A DNA stretch of 60,040 bases from Candidatus Aminicenantales bacterium (lineage in GTDB: Bacteria > Acidobacteriota > Aminicenantia > Aminicenantales > Saccharicenantaceae), in contig JBEKXF010000020.1 of assembly GCA_049512315.1 (NCBI GenBank), positions 1 to 60,040 on the forward strand, written 5' to 3'. The notes beneath the pieces are model-generated. The model ran no database searches. It was not told where the DNA came from and saw only the letters and a program-made list of their open reading frames with translations. The position numbers were made by a program, and so were the translations under genes. This document shows, in pieces, positions 8,915-22,197 of the stretch (positions within the stretch are counted from its first letter, which is position 1; each line of letters starts with the position of its first letter).

Positions 8915-9655
8915 ATGAACGCAAAGAAGCCTTCCCCCAAAGACATCGCCCGGACGGCCCTGGAGCGTCTCCGCGGGCTCGCCGACCCCGTTAAAGCCGA
9001 GGGAGCCCAACGATATTTCAAGAACACCGTCAGGGCCTACGGGATCGCGGCGCCCGACATCAGGGCCCTGGCCAGGGAGCTGCATCATTCCGTCAAGGAC
9101 GCCTGGACCGTCGCGGACGCCGTCGCCCTCTGCGACATCCTATTCGCCGAGCGGGAGCTCGAAGCGAAAAGCATCGGGGCCCTCCTTCTGGCCGCGTTCA
9201 AGAAAGACTTCCCGCCGTCGCTTTTCGCCAAGGTCAAGGGGTGGCTGGCGGCTGACCTGCTCGATAACTGGGCCTCGGTCGATGTCTTCTGCACCGATGC
9301 CATGGGCGCCTTTCTCGAGAAATATCCCGCTTTTGTCGAGAAGATCAAGGCCTGGGCCTATCATCGGAGCCGTTGGGTCAAACGGGCTTCCGCCGTCTCT
9401 TTCATCAAGCTGGCCAGGAAGGCGGAGTATCTGCCGGCGATCTACGAGATCTCGGTCTCGCTCTTTCCGGTCGACGACGACCTCATTCACAAGGCGAACG
9501 GCTGGCTGCTCCGCGAAGCGGGAAAGCGCGACCCCGGGCGGCTCGAGGAATTCCTCCTCCTGCACGGGCCGGCCATTCCGAGGACGACGGTGCGCTATGC
9601 GATCGAGCGCTTCCCCAAGACGAAGCGGCAGGCCCTCCTCTCGAGAACGAGATGA
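8915..9655 (+). CDS. DNA alkylation repair protein (AlkD-like)
   Basis: LDNWASVD, WVKRAS, DDLIHKANGWLLREAGKRD, RTTVRYAIERF. Confidence 0.88.
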   Translation: MNAKKPSPKDIARTALERLRGLADPVKAEGAQRYFKNTVRAYGIAAPDIRALARELHHSVKDAWTVADAVALCDILFAERELEAKSIGALLLAAFKKDFPPSLFAKVKGWLAADLLDNWASVDVFCTDAMGAFLEKYPAFVEKIKAWAYHRSRWVKRASAVSFIKLARKAEYLPAIYEISVSLFPVDDDLIHKANGWLLREAGKRDPGRLEEFLLLHGPAIPRTTVRYAIERFPKTKRQALLSRTR

Positions 9656-9857
9656 ATCCACTTGAAAATATTCTTTCCCGCGGGGAAACAAAAAGGCCGC
9701 GCCGTCCGTATGAAAGGGTGGACGGTCCGGAATCGACTGTGTTATAGTTTTTCCTCGAATCAATGAGAGAGACACGACATCCCGTCCCTTTTTTCAATAA
9801 GGGGCAGAGTCTTTTGCCCCCTCGGCGAACGAGCGATTTCGCATGCTAGGAGGTCAG

Positions 9858-12800
9858 GTGAAAACAAAAGGAATGATGGTGTTCCTGTTCATCCTGCTGG
9901 CCGCGTCGACCCTGTCTTTCGGAGCTCAGGAGGCCCGCGTCCTCCGCTTCCCGGCGGTTTCGAGCGACCAGATCGTCTTCAGCTACGGGGGTGACCTCTA
10001 TGCCGTGCCCCTGGCCGGGGGCGTGGCCCGGAAACTCACCTCGTATTATGAGGGCTACGAGGCCTTCGCCCGCTTCTCGCCCGACGGCAAGTCCATCGCC
10101 TTCACCGGCGAGTACGACGGGAACCGGGAGGTCTATCTCATCCCGGCCGAGGGCGGCGTCCCCAAGCGCCTGACCTACACGCCCTCGCTCGGCCGCGACG
10201 ACATCTCCGACCGGATGGGGCCCAACAACCTGGTCATGGGCTGGACCCCCGACGGGAAGAGCGTCGTCTTCCGGTCGCGGATGCGCGAATGGAACGACTT
10301 CAACGGCCAGCTCTACCTCGTCCCGGCAGCGGGCGGCACGCCGGACGAGCTGCCGCTCCCCCGCGGCGGCTTCTGTTCCTACTCGCCCGACGGCAAGAAG
10401 CTCGCCTACAACCGGATCTTCCGCGAGTTCCGGACCTGGAAGCGCTACCGGGGCGGCATGGCCGACGACATCTGGATTTACGATTTCGCGACCAGGAAAG
10501 TCGAGGACATCACCAACAACCCGGCCCTGGACATCATCCCCATGTGGAGCGGGGACCGGATCTATTTCGTCTCCGACCGTGACGAGGCAAAGAGGGTGAA
10601 CCTCTATGTCTACGACCTCCGGACGAAAGAGACGCGGAAACTGACGAGCTTCGTTGATTACGACATCAAGTTCCCGTCCCTCGGCCCAAACGCCATCGTT
10701 TTTGAGAACGGAGGGTACATCTACAAGTTCGACCTGGCCACCGAGAAGACGGACAAGGTGCCCGTGGTCATCGCGGACGACGTGATCGGGGTCCGGAGCC
10801 GGCTGGTCAAGGTCGGGGGGCAGGTCACGAGCTTCGAGATCTCCCCGGACGGGAAGCGGGCCCTGTTCGGAGCCCACGGGGAGATCTTCACCGTTCCGGC
10901 CCAATACGGGAACGTCCGCAACCTGACGGGCACGCCGGGCGTCCACGAGCGCGCCCCCAAGTGGTCGCCGGATGGGAAATGGATCGCCTACATCTCCGAC
11001 AAGAGCGGCGAGGACGAGATCTACGTCGAGGCCCAGGACGGGACCGGCGAGCCGCAGCAGCTGACGAAGGGGGCCGACACCTACAAGTACCAGCTCTTCT
11101 GGTCCCCCGACGGCAAGAAGATCATGTGGAGCGACAAGCTCCAGCGCCTCCTCTACGTGGATGTCGCGACGAAGGAGGTCGTCGAGGTCGTCAAGGCCGA
11201 GCGCTGGGAGATCCCGCAATACGTCTGGGCGCCCGACAGCCGCTGGATCGCTTACAGCAAGCCGGAAGTCGATGTCCAGATGAAAGTCTACCTCTACTCC
11301 CTGGACACGAAAAAGACGACCGAGGTGACGGATGGCTGGTACAATTCGGGCGACCCGTCTTTCAGTTCTGACGGCAAATATCTCTTTTTCGTTTCGGACC
11401 GGGACTTCAATCCGGTGTACAGCCAGACCGAATGGAACCATGCCTACCTCACCATGTCCAGGGTCTATTTCGTGACCTTGGCCAAGGAGACGAAGTCGCC
11501 CTTCGAGCCGAAAAGTGACGAAGTCGCCGTGAAGAAAGAGGAGGAACCCCCGGCCAAGGGCGCCGCTCCGGCCAAGCCGGGGTCAAAGCCCGAAGCCAAG
11601 AAGGAGGCCGAGGCTTCCCAGCCAGTCCTCGTCAAGGTGGACACCGACGGCCTCAAGGGCCGGATCGTCGCCCTCCCCATCGAGACGGCCAACTACGGCC
11701 AGATCGGCGCCATCAGCAATTCTGTCTATTATCTCAGGGTCAAGGACGGGGAGAGGGAGCCCTCCCTCATGCTCTATGACCTCGGCGAGCTCAAGGAGAA
11801 GGATCTCGGCAAGATCGGCGGCTACGAGATCTCGGCCGACAAGAAGAAAATGCTGGTTGCCAAGGACCGAACCTTCGGGATCATCGACCTTCCCAAGGGG
11901 CCGGTCAGCCTCGAAACGAAGCTCGACCTCTCCGGAATGGAATGCACTGTGGACCCGCGCCAGGAGTGGAACCAGATCTTCGAGGAATGCTGGCGCCAGA
12001 TGAAATACTTCTTTTATGCCCCGAACATGCACGGGGTCGACTGGGACGCGGTCCGTCTGCGCTACAGACCCCTGGCCGCCTCGGTCGCCCACCGGGCGGA
12101 CCTGACCTACGTCATCGGCGAGGTGATCGGCGAGCTCAGCTCAGGCCACACTTATGTCGGCGGCGGCGACATGCCCCGGCCGCAGAAGGTCAAGGTCGGG
12201 ATGCTCGGAGCGCAGTTCGAGCGCGACGCCCGGACCGGCTATTACCGGATCACGAAGATCCTCAAGGGCCAGAATTGGGATCCTTCCCGGCGCTCGCCGC
12301 TGACCGAGGTCGGCGTCAACGTCAGGGAAGGGGACTACCTCATCGCCGTCAACGGGACACCCCTCAACAAGCTGGCGGACATGTACGAAGCGCTCAACAA
12401 CACGGCCGGCAGGCAGGTGACCCTGAAGGTCAACGCCGGGCCCGAGGAGAAGGGGAGCCGCGATATCGTGGTCGTCCCTGTCGAGACCGAGAACGAGCTC
12501 TACTACTACAACTGGGTCGAGGGGAATATCGACAAGGTCGCCAAGGCGACCAACGGTCAAGTCGGCTACATCCACATCCCGAACATGGGCGTCGAAGGGC
12601 TCAATGAGTTCGTCAAATACTTCTATCCCCAGCTCCGGAAGAAGGGGCTCATCATTGACGTCCGGGGCAACGGCGGCGGGAACGTCTCGCCGATGATCAT
12701 CGACCGGCTCGTCCGCGAGCTTGTCTATGTCGAGGTGGCGCGGAATTCCGTCCCGGTCCCAGACCCGGCGGCCGCGGTGTTGGGGCCCAAGGTCGCGCTG

Positions 12801-13160
12801 TGCGACGAGTTCTCCGCCTCTGATGGCGATATCTTCCCCTACCGCTTCAAGACGCTCGGGGTCGGCAAGATCATCGGCAAGCGGACCTGGGGAGGCGTCG
12901 TCGGCATCCGGGGGTCGCTGCCCCTTCTCGATGGCGGCTTCCTCAACAAGCCCGAGTTTGCGCCTTACGACAAGAACGGCAAAGGGTGGATCATTGAAGG
13001 ACACGGCGTCGAACCCGACATCGTTGTCGACAACGACCCGGCCAGGGAATTCGCGGGGATCGACGACCAGTTGAACAAGGCCATCGAGGTCATCCTCGAA
13101 GAGCTGAAGACGAAGGCGAAGGAGCTTCCGCCCGTTCCGCCCTACCCGATCAAGAAGTAA
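9858..13160 (+). CDS. Tricorn protease homolog (S41 family; beta-propellers plus PDZ), exported
   Basis: Repeated WSPDGK propeller motifs, GELSSGHTY, GYIHIPNM, DVRGNGGGNVS, SASDGD, GKRTWGG. GTG start 9858 after GGAGG. Confidence 0.95.
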   Translation: MKTKGMMVFLFILLAASTLSFGAQEARVLRFPAVSSDQIVFSYGGDLYAVPLAGGVARKLTSYYEGYEAFARFSPDGKSIAFTGEYDGNREVYLIPAEGGVPKRLTYTPSLGRDDISDRMGPNNLVMGWTPDGKSVVFRSRMREWNDFNGQLYLVPAAGGTPDELPLPRGGFCSYSPDGKKLAYNRIFREFRTWKRYRGGMADDIWIYDFATRKVEDITNNPALDIIPMWSGDRIYFVSDRDEAKRVNLYVYDLRTKETRKLTSFVDYDIKFPSLGPNAIVFENGGYIYKFDLATEKTDKVPVVIADDVIGVRSRLVKVGGQVTSFEISPDGKRALFGAHGEIFTVPAQYGNVRNLTGTPGVHERAPKWSPDGKWIAYISDKSGEDEIYVEAQDGTGEPQQLTKGADTYKYQLFWSPDGKKIMWSDKLQRLLYVDVATKEVVEVVKAERWEIPQYVWAPDSRWIAYSKPEVDVQMKVYLYSLDTKKTTEVTDGWYNSGDPSFSSDGKYLFFVSDRDFNPVYSQTEWNHAYLTMSRVYFVTLAKETKSPFEPKSDEVAVKKEEEPPAKGAAPAKPGSKPEAKKEAEASQPVLVKVDTDGLKGRIVALPIETANYGQIGAISNSVYYLRVKDGEREPSLMLYDLGELKEKDLGKIGGYEISADKKKMLVAKDRTFGIIDLPKGPVSLETKLDLSGMECTVDPRQEWNQIFEECWRQMKYFFYAPNMHGVDWDAVRLRYRPLAASVAHRADLTYVIGEVIGELSSGHTYVGGGDMPRPQKVKVGMLGAQFERDARTGYYRITKILKGQNWDPSRRSPLTEVGVNVREGDYLIAVNGTPLNKLADMYEALNNTAGRQVTLKVNAGPEEKGSRDIVVVPVETENELYYYNWVEGNIDKVAKATNGQVGYIHIPNMGVEGLNEFVKYFYPQLRKKGLIIDVRGNGGGNVSPMIIDRLVRELVYVEVARNSVPVPDPAAAVLGPKVALCDEFSASDGDIFPYRFKTLGVGKIIGKRTWGGVVGIRGSLPLLDGGFLNKPEFAPYDKNGKGWIIEGHGVEPDIVVDNDPAREFAGIDDQLNKAIEVILEELKTKAKELPPVPPYPIKK

Positions 13161-13231
13161 TGATCATGAATCGTGTCACGGTGCATCCTTGATTAGAGCC
13201 GCGGGGATGGCCTCTGAGGAGGATAAGGGAT

Positions 13232-13672
13232 ATGCCGGGCGATAAAGTCAAGGTCAGTTGTCTCGAGTGCGGGACGACGAATTACTATCCGCTCGACGCC
13301 CAGGGGAAAAAGGTCGCGTGCGGGCGGTGCAAGTCCGGCCTGCCTCTGCCGGGGACGCTCCTCGAGCCGACCCGCGACCAGGCCTATGCCCTGTTCCAGA
13401 ACTCCGGCCTGCCCGTACTCGTGGATTTCTTTTCTCCGACCTGCGGGCCATGCTACATGATGCATCCCGTGGTCGAACGGCTGGCGAAGCGCCGTGCCGG
13501 CGAGCTCACGGCGGTCCGGGTCAACGTGGACAGGGACCCGGAGCTGGCGCAAAAGTTCGGTATCAGAGCGGTGCCCACCTTCGTCGTCGTCTTCAAGGGC
13601 CTGGAGCGGGCCCGGACGTCCGGGGCCATGTCGGAGGAGGATTTCGCCCTGTGGGTGGCGAGCCAGACCTGA
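13232..13672 (+). CDS. trxC: Thioredoxin 2 type (N-terminal Zn finger)
   Basis: CLEC...CGRC Zn site, TCGPC active site, cis-Pro motif RAVPT. Confidence 0.85.
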   Translation: MPGDKVKVSCLECGTTNYYPLDAQGKKVACGRCKSGLPLPGTLLEPTRDQAYALFQNSGLPVLVDFFSPTCGPCYMMHPVVERLAKRRAGELTAVRVNVDRDPELAQKFGIRAVPTFVVVFKGLERARTSGAMSEEDFALWVASQT

Positions 13673-13733
13673 CAGGAGGGGGGATTCCGGGAAAGCTCTT
13701 CGCGACCCCATCGGCCTGTCGGAGCCAGGAAGA

Positions 13734-14522
13734 GTGAAAAACAGAAAGCCCGCCATGATTGTCTTCGGGCTGTTCGCCGCCCTGGCCGCCCTGGCCGGGC
13801 CCCGGAACGCGGGGCCGCCCAAGATCGACGCCGCGGTGCTCGTTTCGGCCGACGCCGAATGGTCCGCGGTGAGGTCCCTGCATCCCCACGAGCGGTATGA
13901 GACCTCGCCCTTCGGTCAATATTTTTATCAAGATGTCACCCTTCTGGATCGGCAGGTCTGTCGTCTCCTCGTTTTTCATGGAGGTTGGGGAAAGGTCGCG
14001 GCCGCGGCCTCGACACAGTACGTCATCGACCGTTGGGATCCCGCCCTTATTGTGAACCTCGGCACCTGTGGCGGGTTTGAAGGGGCTGTGGAACGTTATG
14101 CAATCATCCTGGCCGCGAAAACGGTCATCTACGATGTCGTGGAACGGATGGGGAATCCGGAGGAGGCCATAGCCGATTACAGCACGACGATCGACCTCGG
14201 CTGGCTGGAGGGGCCGGACCCGCCGGGTGTCCGACGGGGCGTGCTCGTGTCGGCGGACCAGGACGCGGCCCCGGCCTCCATCGCCCTTTTGAAATCCAAG
14301 TACGGAGCCGCCGCGGTCGACTGGGAATCGGGGGCGATCGCCTTTATCGCCCGCCGGAACAAAAAGCGGATCCTCATCCTCCGCGGCGTGACGGATGTCG
14401 TCGGCCAGAAGGGCGACGAAACCTATGGCCACATCGAGATCTTCCGCCGTAATACCGAGATCGTGATGAAACAATTGTTCACGAACCTCCCCCTCTGGCT
14501 ATTACGGGTCCGGAAAGATTAA
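13734..14522 (+). CDS. MTA/SAH nucleosidase-like protein (PNP_UDP fold) with an N-terminal signal peptide
   Basis: GWGKVAAA, NLGTCGG, SADQD, AVDWESGAIA, ILRGVTD. Start at GTG 13734 or ATG 13755. Confidence 0.8.
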   Translation: MKNRKPAMIVFGLFAALAALAGPRNAGPPKIDAAVLVSADAEWSAVRSLHPHERYETSPFGQYFYQDVTLLDRQVCRLLVFHGGWGKVAAAASTQYVIDRWDPALIVNLGTCGGFEGAVERYAIILAAKTVIYDVVERMGNPEEAIADYSTTIDLGWLEGPDPPGVRRGVLVSADQDAAPASIALLKSKYGAAAVDWESGAIAFIARRNKKRILILRGVTDVVGQKGDETYGHIEIFRRNTEIVMKQLFTNLPLWLLRVRKD

Positions 14523-14528
14523 GAGGAA

Positions 14529-14616
14529 TGCCGAAGAGGGGACTCGAACCCCTACTCCCGGATTAATGGGAACTAGCCCCTCAAGCTAGCGTGTCTGCCA
14601 ATTCCACCACTTCGGC
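14529..14616 (-). tRNA. tRNA-Leu(GAG), CCA not encoded
   Basis: GCCGAAG acceptor, D-arm GTGGAATTGGCAGACAC, CTAGC-TTGAGGG-GCTAG anticodon arm, long variable arm, GGTTCGAGTCC; typical position downstream of secG. Confidence 0.97.
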
Positions 14617-14681
14617 ATACTGGCTTGGGAGGTTTCCCTCCCGCCGGGCTTCGGCCCGGTTTCCCATCGCCTATCCGGCGC

Positions 14682-15068
14682 TTATTTCTTCTGTTCCGTG
14701 CCTGACGTCGCCGCCTGCTTCTGCGGTTCGGTCTTCTGCCCGGGCTGCTGTTGGGCCGGCTCCTGCTTCTTCGGCACGGGATTCGCGGGGGCCGTCGTCT
14801 GGGCCGGGGCCTTCTCGCCGCCCACGACCGAGCTCGTACCCTTGGCCGACAGGATCCAGAGGCCGAGAGAGGTCAGCATGAAAACGATGGCTGAAACTGT
14901 CGTGACCTTGGACAACAGTGAAGCCTGGCCCCGGGTGCCGAACTCGGTCTGGCTTCCCGTGCCGCCGAAGGCTCCGGCCAGGTCGGCCGCCTTGCCCGAC
15001 TGCAGAAGGACGGCCAGGATCAGGATCACGCAAACAACGATATGGACGATGACGATTAAAGCGTTCAC
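14682..15068 (-). CDS. secG: Preprotein translocase subunit SecG
   Basis: LILAVLLQSGKAADLAGAFGG...FGTRG; follows tpiA. Confidence 0.95.
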   Translation of the reverse strand: MNALIVIVHIVVCVILILAVLLQSGKAADLAGAFGGTGSQTEFGTRGQASLLSKVTTVSAIVFMLTSLGLWILSAKGTSSVVGGEKAPAQTTAPANPVPKKQEPAQQQPGQKTEPQKQAATSGTEQKK

Positions 15069-15853
15069 TTCTCTTCCCTGTCAGCTCGAAGGGCTTCCCG
15101 GGCGATGCCGATGAACTGATCGGCCTCCAAGGAGGCTCCTCCGACAAGAAATCCGTCGATATCCTTTTCTTTGAATAACGCGTACGAATTGGTCGGCTTC
15201 ACCGAGCCGCCGTAGAGAATTATAGCACAGGAGGCCGGTCCATTTCCATACCTTTCTTCAAGACGGCTCCGGATATGGGCATGGGCTTCCCCGGCCTGGC
15301 CGGGTGTCGCCGTCTGGCCCGTTCCGATCGCCCAGACGGGCTCATAGGCGATAACCATCGAGCCCGCCTCTTCGGCCGACAGGCCTTGAACGCCTGCCTC
15401 GAGCTGGCGGTCGAGCTTTCCGGCCGTTGCCCCGGCCCGGCGCTCCTCGAGCGTTTCGCCGATGCAGACGATCGGCCGCAGTCCCGCCTTCAGGGCCGCC
15501 CGGAGCTTCCTGTTGACCGTCTCGTCGGTCTCGCCGAAGTAATGGCGCCTCTCGGAATGACCGATGAGGACATAACCGCAGCCGATGTCCCGGAGCATGG
15601 GGCCGGAAATCTCTCCGGTGTAGGCGCCTTTGTCCTCCCAGAAGAGGTCCTGGCCGCCGAGGGCGATGTCCGTGCCGCGGAGGAGCCGGGCCGCTTCGCT
15701 CAGGGCCGTGAACGGCGGGATGACCAGGAGGAGCGCGCCGGCGACTTCGGGAGCGGCCTTCAGGATGGCCGAGACGAGGTCCCGGGCCTCACGGGCCGTC
15801 CCGTGCATTTTCCAGTTGCCCGCGACCAGGGGGGGCTTGCGGAGGCCGGCCAT
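15065..15853 (-). CDS. tpiA: Triosephosphate isomerase
   Basis: AGNWKM, GHSERR, AYEPVWAIGTG, YGGSVKP, GFLVGGASL. Confidence 0.98.
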   Translation of the reverse strand: MAGLRKPPLVAGNWKMHGTAREARDLVSAILKAAPEVAGALLLVIPPFTALSEAARLLRGTDIALGGQDLFWEDKGAYTGEISGPMLRDIGCGYVLIGHSERRHYFGETDETVNRKLRAALKAGLRPIVCIGETLEERRAGATAGKLDRQLEAGVQGLSAEEAGSMVIAYEPVWAIGTGQTATPGQAGEAHAHIRSRLEERYGNGPASCAIILYGGSVKPTNSYALFKEKDIDGFLVGGASLEADQFIGIAREALRADREEK

Positions 15854-17032
15854 CTATTTTTCCAGGGCGTCGATGCCGGGAAGCGACCCGTAAGCGATGT
15901 ATTCGAGGGAGGCGCCGCCCCCGGTCGAAATGTGGCTGATCTTGTCTCTGACGCCGGCCTTCTTGACGGCCGCGATCGAATCCCCGCCGCCCACGATGGA
16001 GACGGCGCCCGAAGCGGCGACGGCCTGGGCCACCTTGACCGTCCCGGCGGCGAAGGGTTCGATCTCGAAGATGCCCATGGGGCCGTTCCAGAAAATGGTC
16101 TTGGCATTCTTGATGATCCGTGAAAAGGCCTCGACCGTCCTGGGGCCAATATCGACACCCATCATGTCCTCCGGGAAGGGGAGGGTGTCCACCGTCCTGG
16201 TCGCCGCTCCGGCGTCCGCCGCCGTAGCCAGGACGTGGTCCAGGGGGAGAAGGAAATCGACCTTTTTCTCGGCGGCCTTGGCCAGGATCGCGAGGGCGGT
16301 CGCCTTCTGGTCGTCCTCGACCAGAGACTTGCCGACGCCGAAGCCCTGGGCCTTCAGGAAGGTATAGGCCATGGCCCCGCCGATGAGGATATGGTCCGCC
16401 TTGTTCAGGAGGCTCTCGATGATCTCGATCTTGTCGGAGACCTTGGCCCCGCCCAGGATGGCGACGTAGGGCCTTTCGGGGGAGCGGATGGCCTTCTGCA
16501 GGTAATCGACCTCCTTCTTCATCAGGAAGCCCGTGGCCTTGACCTTGACGAAGTCGGCGATCCCGACGACCGAGGCGTGGGCCCGATGGCTCGAGCCGAA
16601 GGCGTCGTTGACGAAGATATCGATCCCCTCGGACAGCCTCCTGGAGAAGCCCGGGTCGTTGGCCTCCTCTTCTTTGTAGAACCTGACGTTTTCGAGAACG
16701 AGCGCCTCACCGTTCTTCAGCCCCTGCTTGAGCCGGTCGACTTCGTCCCCGACGACGTCGGGTGCCATGATGATCCTGTTCGGGACGAGCTCGGCCAGTC
16801 GCTGAGCGGCCGGCCTGAGGCTCATCTTGGGGTCCGGCTTGCCCTTGGGCCTCCCCAGGTGGGAGGCGATGACGAGCCGGGCCCCGTGGTCGAGGAGGTA
16901 CTGGATGGTGGGCAGGGAGGCCCGGATCCGGGTGTCGTCCCGGATCGCGCCCTTGTCGTCCAGGGGGACATTGAAGTCCACCCGGAGAAAGACGAGCTTC
17001 CCTTTGACATCAAGGTCGGTGATGAACTTCAT
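15854..17032 (-). CDS. pgk: Phosphoglycerate kinase
   Basis: RVDFNVP, SHLGRPKG, NDAFGSSHRAHAS, GGAKVSDK, ISTGGGASLE. Confidence 0.98.
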   Translation of the reverse strand: MKFITDLDVKGKLVFLRVDFNVPLDDKGAIRDDTRIRASLPTIQYLLDHGARLVIASHLGRPKGKPDPKMSLRPAAQRLAELVPNRIIMAPDVVGDEVDRLKQGLKNGEALVLENVRFYKEEEANDPGFSRRLSEGIDIFVNDAFGSSHRAHASVVGIADFVKVKATGFLMKKEVDYLQKAIRSPERPYVAILGGAKVSDKIEIIESLLNKADHILIGGAMAYTFLKAQGFGVGKSLVEDDQKATALAILAKAAEKKVDFLLPLDHVLATAADAGAATRTVDTLPFPEDMMGVDIGPRTVEAFSRIIKNAKTIFWNGPMGIFEIEPFAAGTVKVAQAVAASGAVSIVGGGDSIAAVKKAGVRDKISHISTGGGASLEYIAYGSLPGIDALEK

Positions 17033-17039
17033 GTCCGCC

Positions 17040-20458
<3,419 letters not shown>

Positions 20459-20643
20459 TCCGACCTGCCGCCGGACAGAAGGGCAAGAGGTCGAATAAAA
20501 CCAAGACTTGGAAATGTTATTAGCACAGGCCCCGAGGCATTGTCAATGAACCGCCGATGACGCGCCTCCGGGGATAACGCCACGGCCCGATTTGTGCTAA
20601 AATCGCCTCAGCGTCGGGCGGCCGGGCCGCCGGAGGAGTTCCC

Positions 20644-22197
20644 ATGAAGATTTTGACATCCCGGGAGATGCAGGAGATCGACCGGACGGCGATTGAAGAC
20701 ATCGGCATCCCGGGCCCGGTCCTCATGGAAAATGCGGGCCTCCAGGTCTTGAAGGCCCTCAGGACCCGGTTCCCCCGGCCCGCAGACGAGCGGATCGTCA
20801 TCGTCGCCGGAAAGGGGAACAACGGCGGGGACGGGCTCGTCGTCGCCCGCCATCTCTTCAATGCCGGCGCGAAGCCGGAGGTCATTCTCCTGGCGTCGCG
20901 TGAGGAGGTCAAAGGGGACGCCGCCTTGAACCTGGCCGTCGCCCTCAGGCTCGGCGTTCCTGTCACCGAGGCCCGGACGCCGGAGGACTGGAAAAAGTGC
21001 CGGATGGACATCTTCCATGCCACGGTCATCATCGACGCCGTCTTCGGGACCGGCCTGCTCAGGCCCCTGGCGGGACTCTACGCCCGGGTCGTCGAAGACA
21101 TCAATAAGGCCGGGGGGTTCAAGCTCGCCGTGGACATCCCTTCCGGACTTTCCTCCGACACCTTCGAGATCATCGGGCCCTGCGTCCGGGCAAACATGAC
21201 GGTCTGCCTGGCGGCGCCGAAGATCGCCCATATTTTCCCGCCGGCCGAAGAGTGCATCGGCGATCTCTTCGTGGCGGCGATCGGTATCCCGCCGGCCCTC
21301 CTCGAAAGCCCCGGGCTGAAGCTCGAGCTCGTGGAGGACGGGACGGTCCGGCCCTTTTTCAAGAAAAGGAAAAAGGACTCCCATAAGGGGACCTACGGCC
21401 ATCTTCTCGCCGTCTCGGGCTCTCTGGGGAAAACGGGGGCCGCCGCCCTGGCCGGGAAAGCCGCCCTGCGGATGGGCGCGGGCCTGGTCACCGTGGCCAC
21501 GGCCGGGAGCGCGCTGCCTGGGATCGCCCGTTCCATGATGGAATTGATGACGGAGCCGCTCCCCGAGACACCCGCCAAGACCGTCGCCCGGGGGGCCCTT
21601 CCCAGGGTCCTCGAGCTCCTGAAAGGCAAAAATGCCATTCTCCTCGGCCCCGGCCTATCGACCCACCCGTCGACGGCAGATTTCGTTCTCGCCCTTCTTC
21701 CCAAGATCAAGGTCCCCGCCGTCATCGATGCCGACGGCCTGAACATTATTTCCTCCGACCCCGAGGTCCTGGGCCGGCTCCAGGCCCCCGCCGTGCTCAC
21801 GCCGCACCCGGGCGAGTTCGCCCGTCTAACCCGCCGTTCGAATGACGATGTCCTGAAATATCGCCTGGAGCTTGCCCCGGCGTTCGCCGAGAAATATGGC
21901 GTCCACCTCGTCCTCAAGGGCTACCGAACCCTCACGGCCTCGCCCGACGGCCGCGTCTTCGTCAATCCCACGGGGAATCCGGGCATGGCCACGGGAGGTT
22001 CGGGCGACGTCCTGAGCGGGATGATCGCCTCCCAGATCATCCAGGAGAAGGAGTTCCTTGGCGCCGTCCTCTCGGCCGTTTATGTCCACGGCTTGAGCGC
22101 CGACATCGCGGCCGGGGAGCTCAGCGAAAAATACCTGACCGCGGGCGACATCATCCGTTTCCTGCCGCGGGCCTTGAAAAGCCTGGAAGGGAAGTGA
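20644..22197 (+). CDS. nnr: Bifunctional NAD(P)H-hydrate epimerase/dehydratase
   Basis: LMENAG, GKGNNGGDG, DSHKGTYG, LTPHPGEF, GMATGGSGDVLSG. Confidence 0.95.
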   Translation: MKILTSREMQEIDRTAIEDIGIPGPVLMENAGLQVLKALRTRFPRPADERIVIVAGKGNNGGDGLVVARHLFNAGAKPEVILLASREEVKGDAALNLAVALRLGVPVTEARTPEDWKKCRMDIFHATVIIDAVFGTGLLRPLAGLYARVVEDINKAGGFKLAVDIPSGLSSDTFEIIGPCVRANMTVCLAAPKIAHIFPPAEECIGDLFVAAIGIPPALLESPGLKLELVEDGTVRPFFKKRKKDSHKGTYGHLLAVSGSLGKTGAAALAGKAALRMGAGLVTVATAGSALPGIARSMMELMTEPLPETPAKTVARGALPRVLELLKGKNAILLGPGLSTHPSTADFVLALLPKIKVPAVIDADGLNIISSDPEVLGRLQAPAVLTPHPGEFARLTRRSNDDVLKYRLELAPAFAEKYGVHLVLKGYRTLTASPDGRVFVNPTGNPGMATGGSGDVLSGMIASQIIQEKEFLGAVLSAVYVHGLSADIAAGELSEKYLTAGDIIRFLPRALKSLEGK

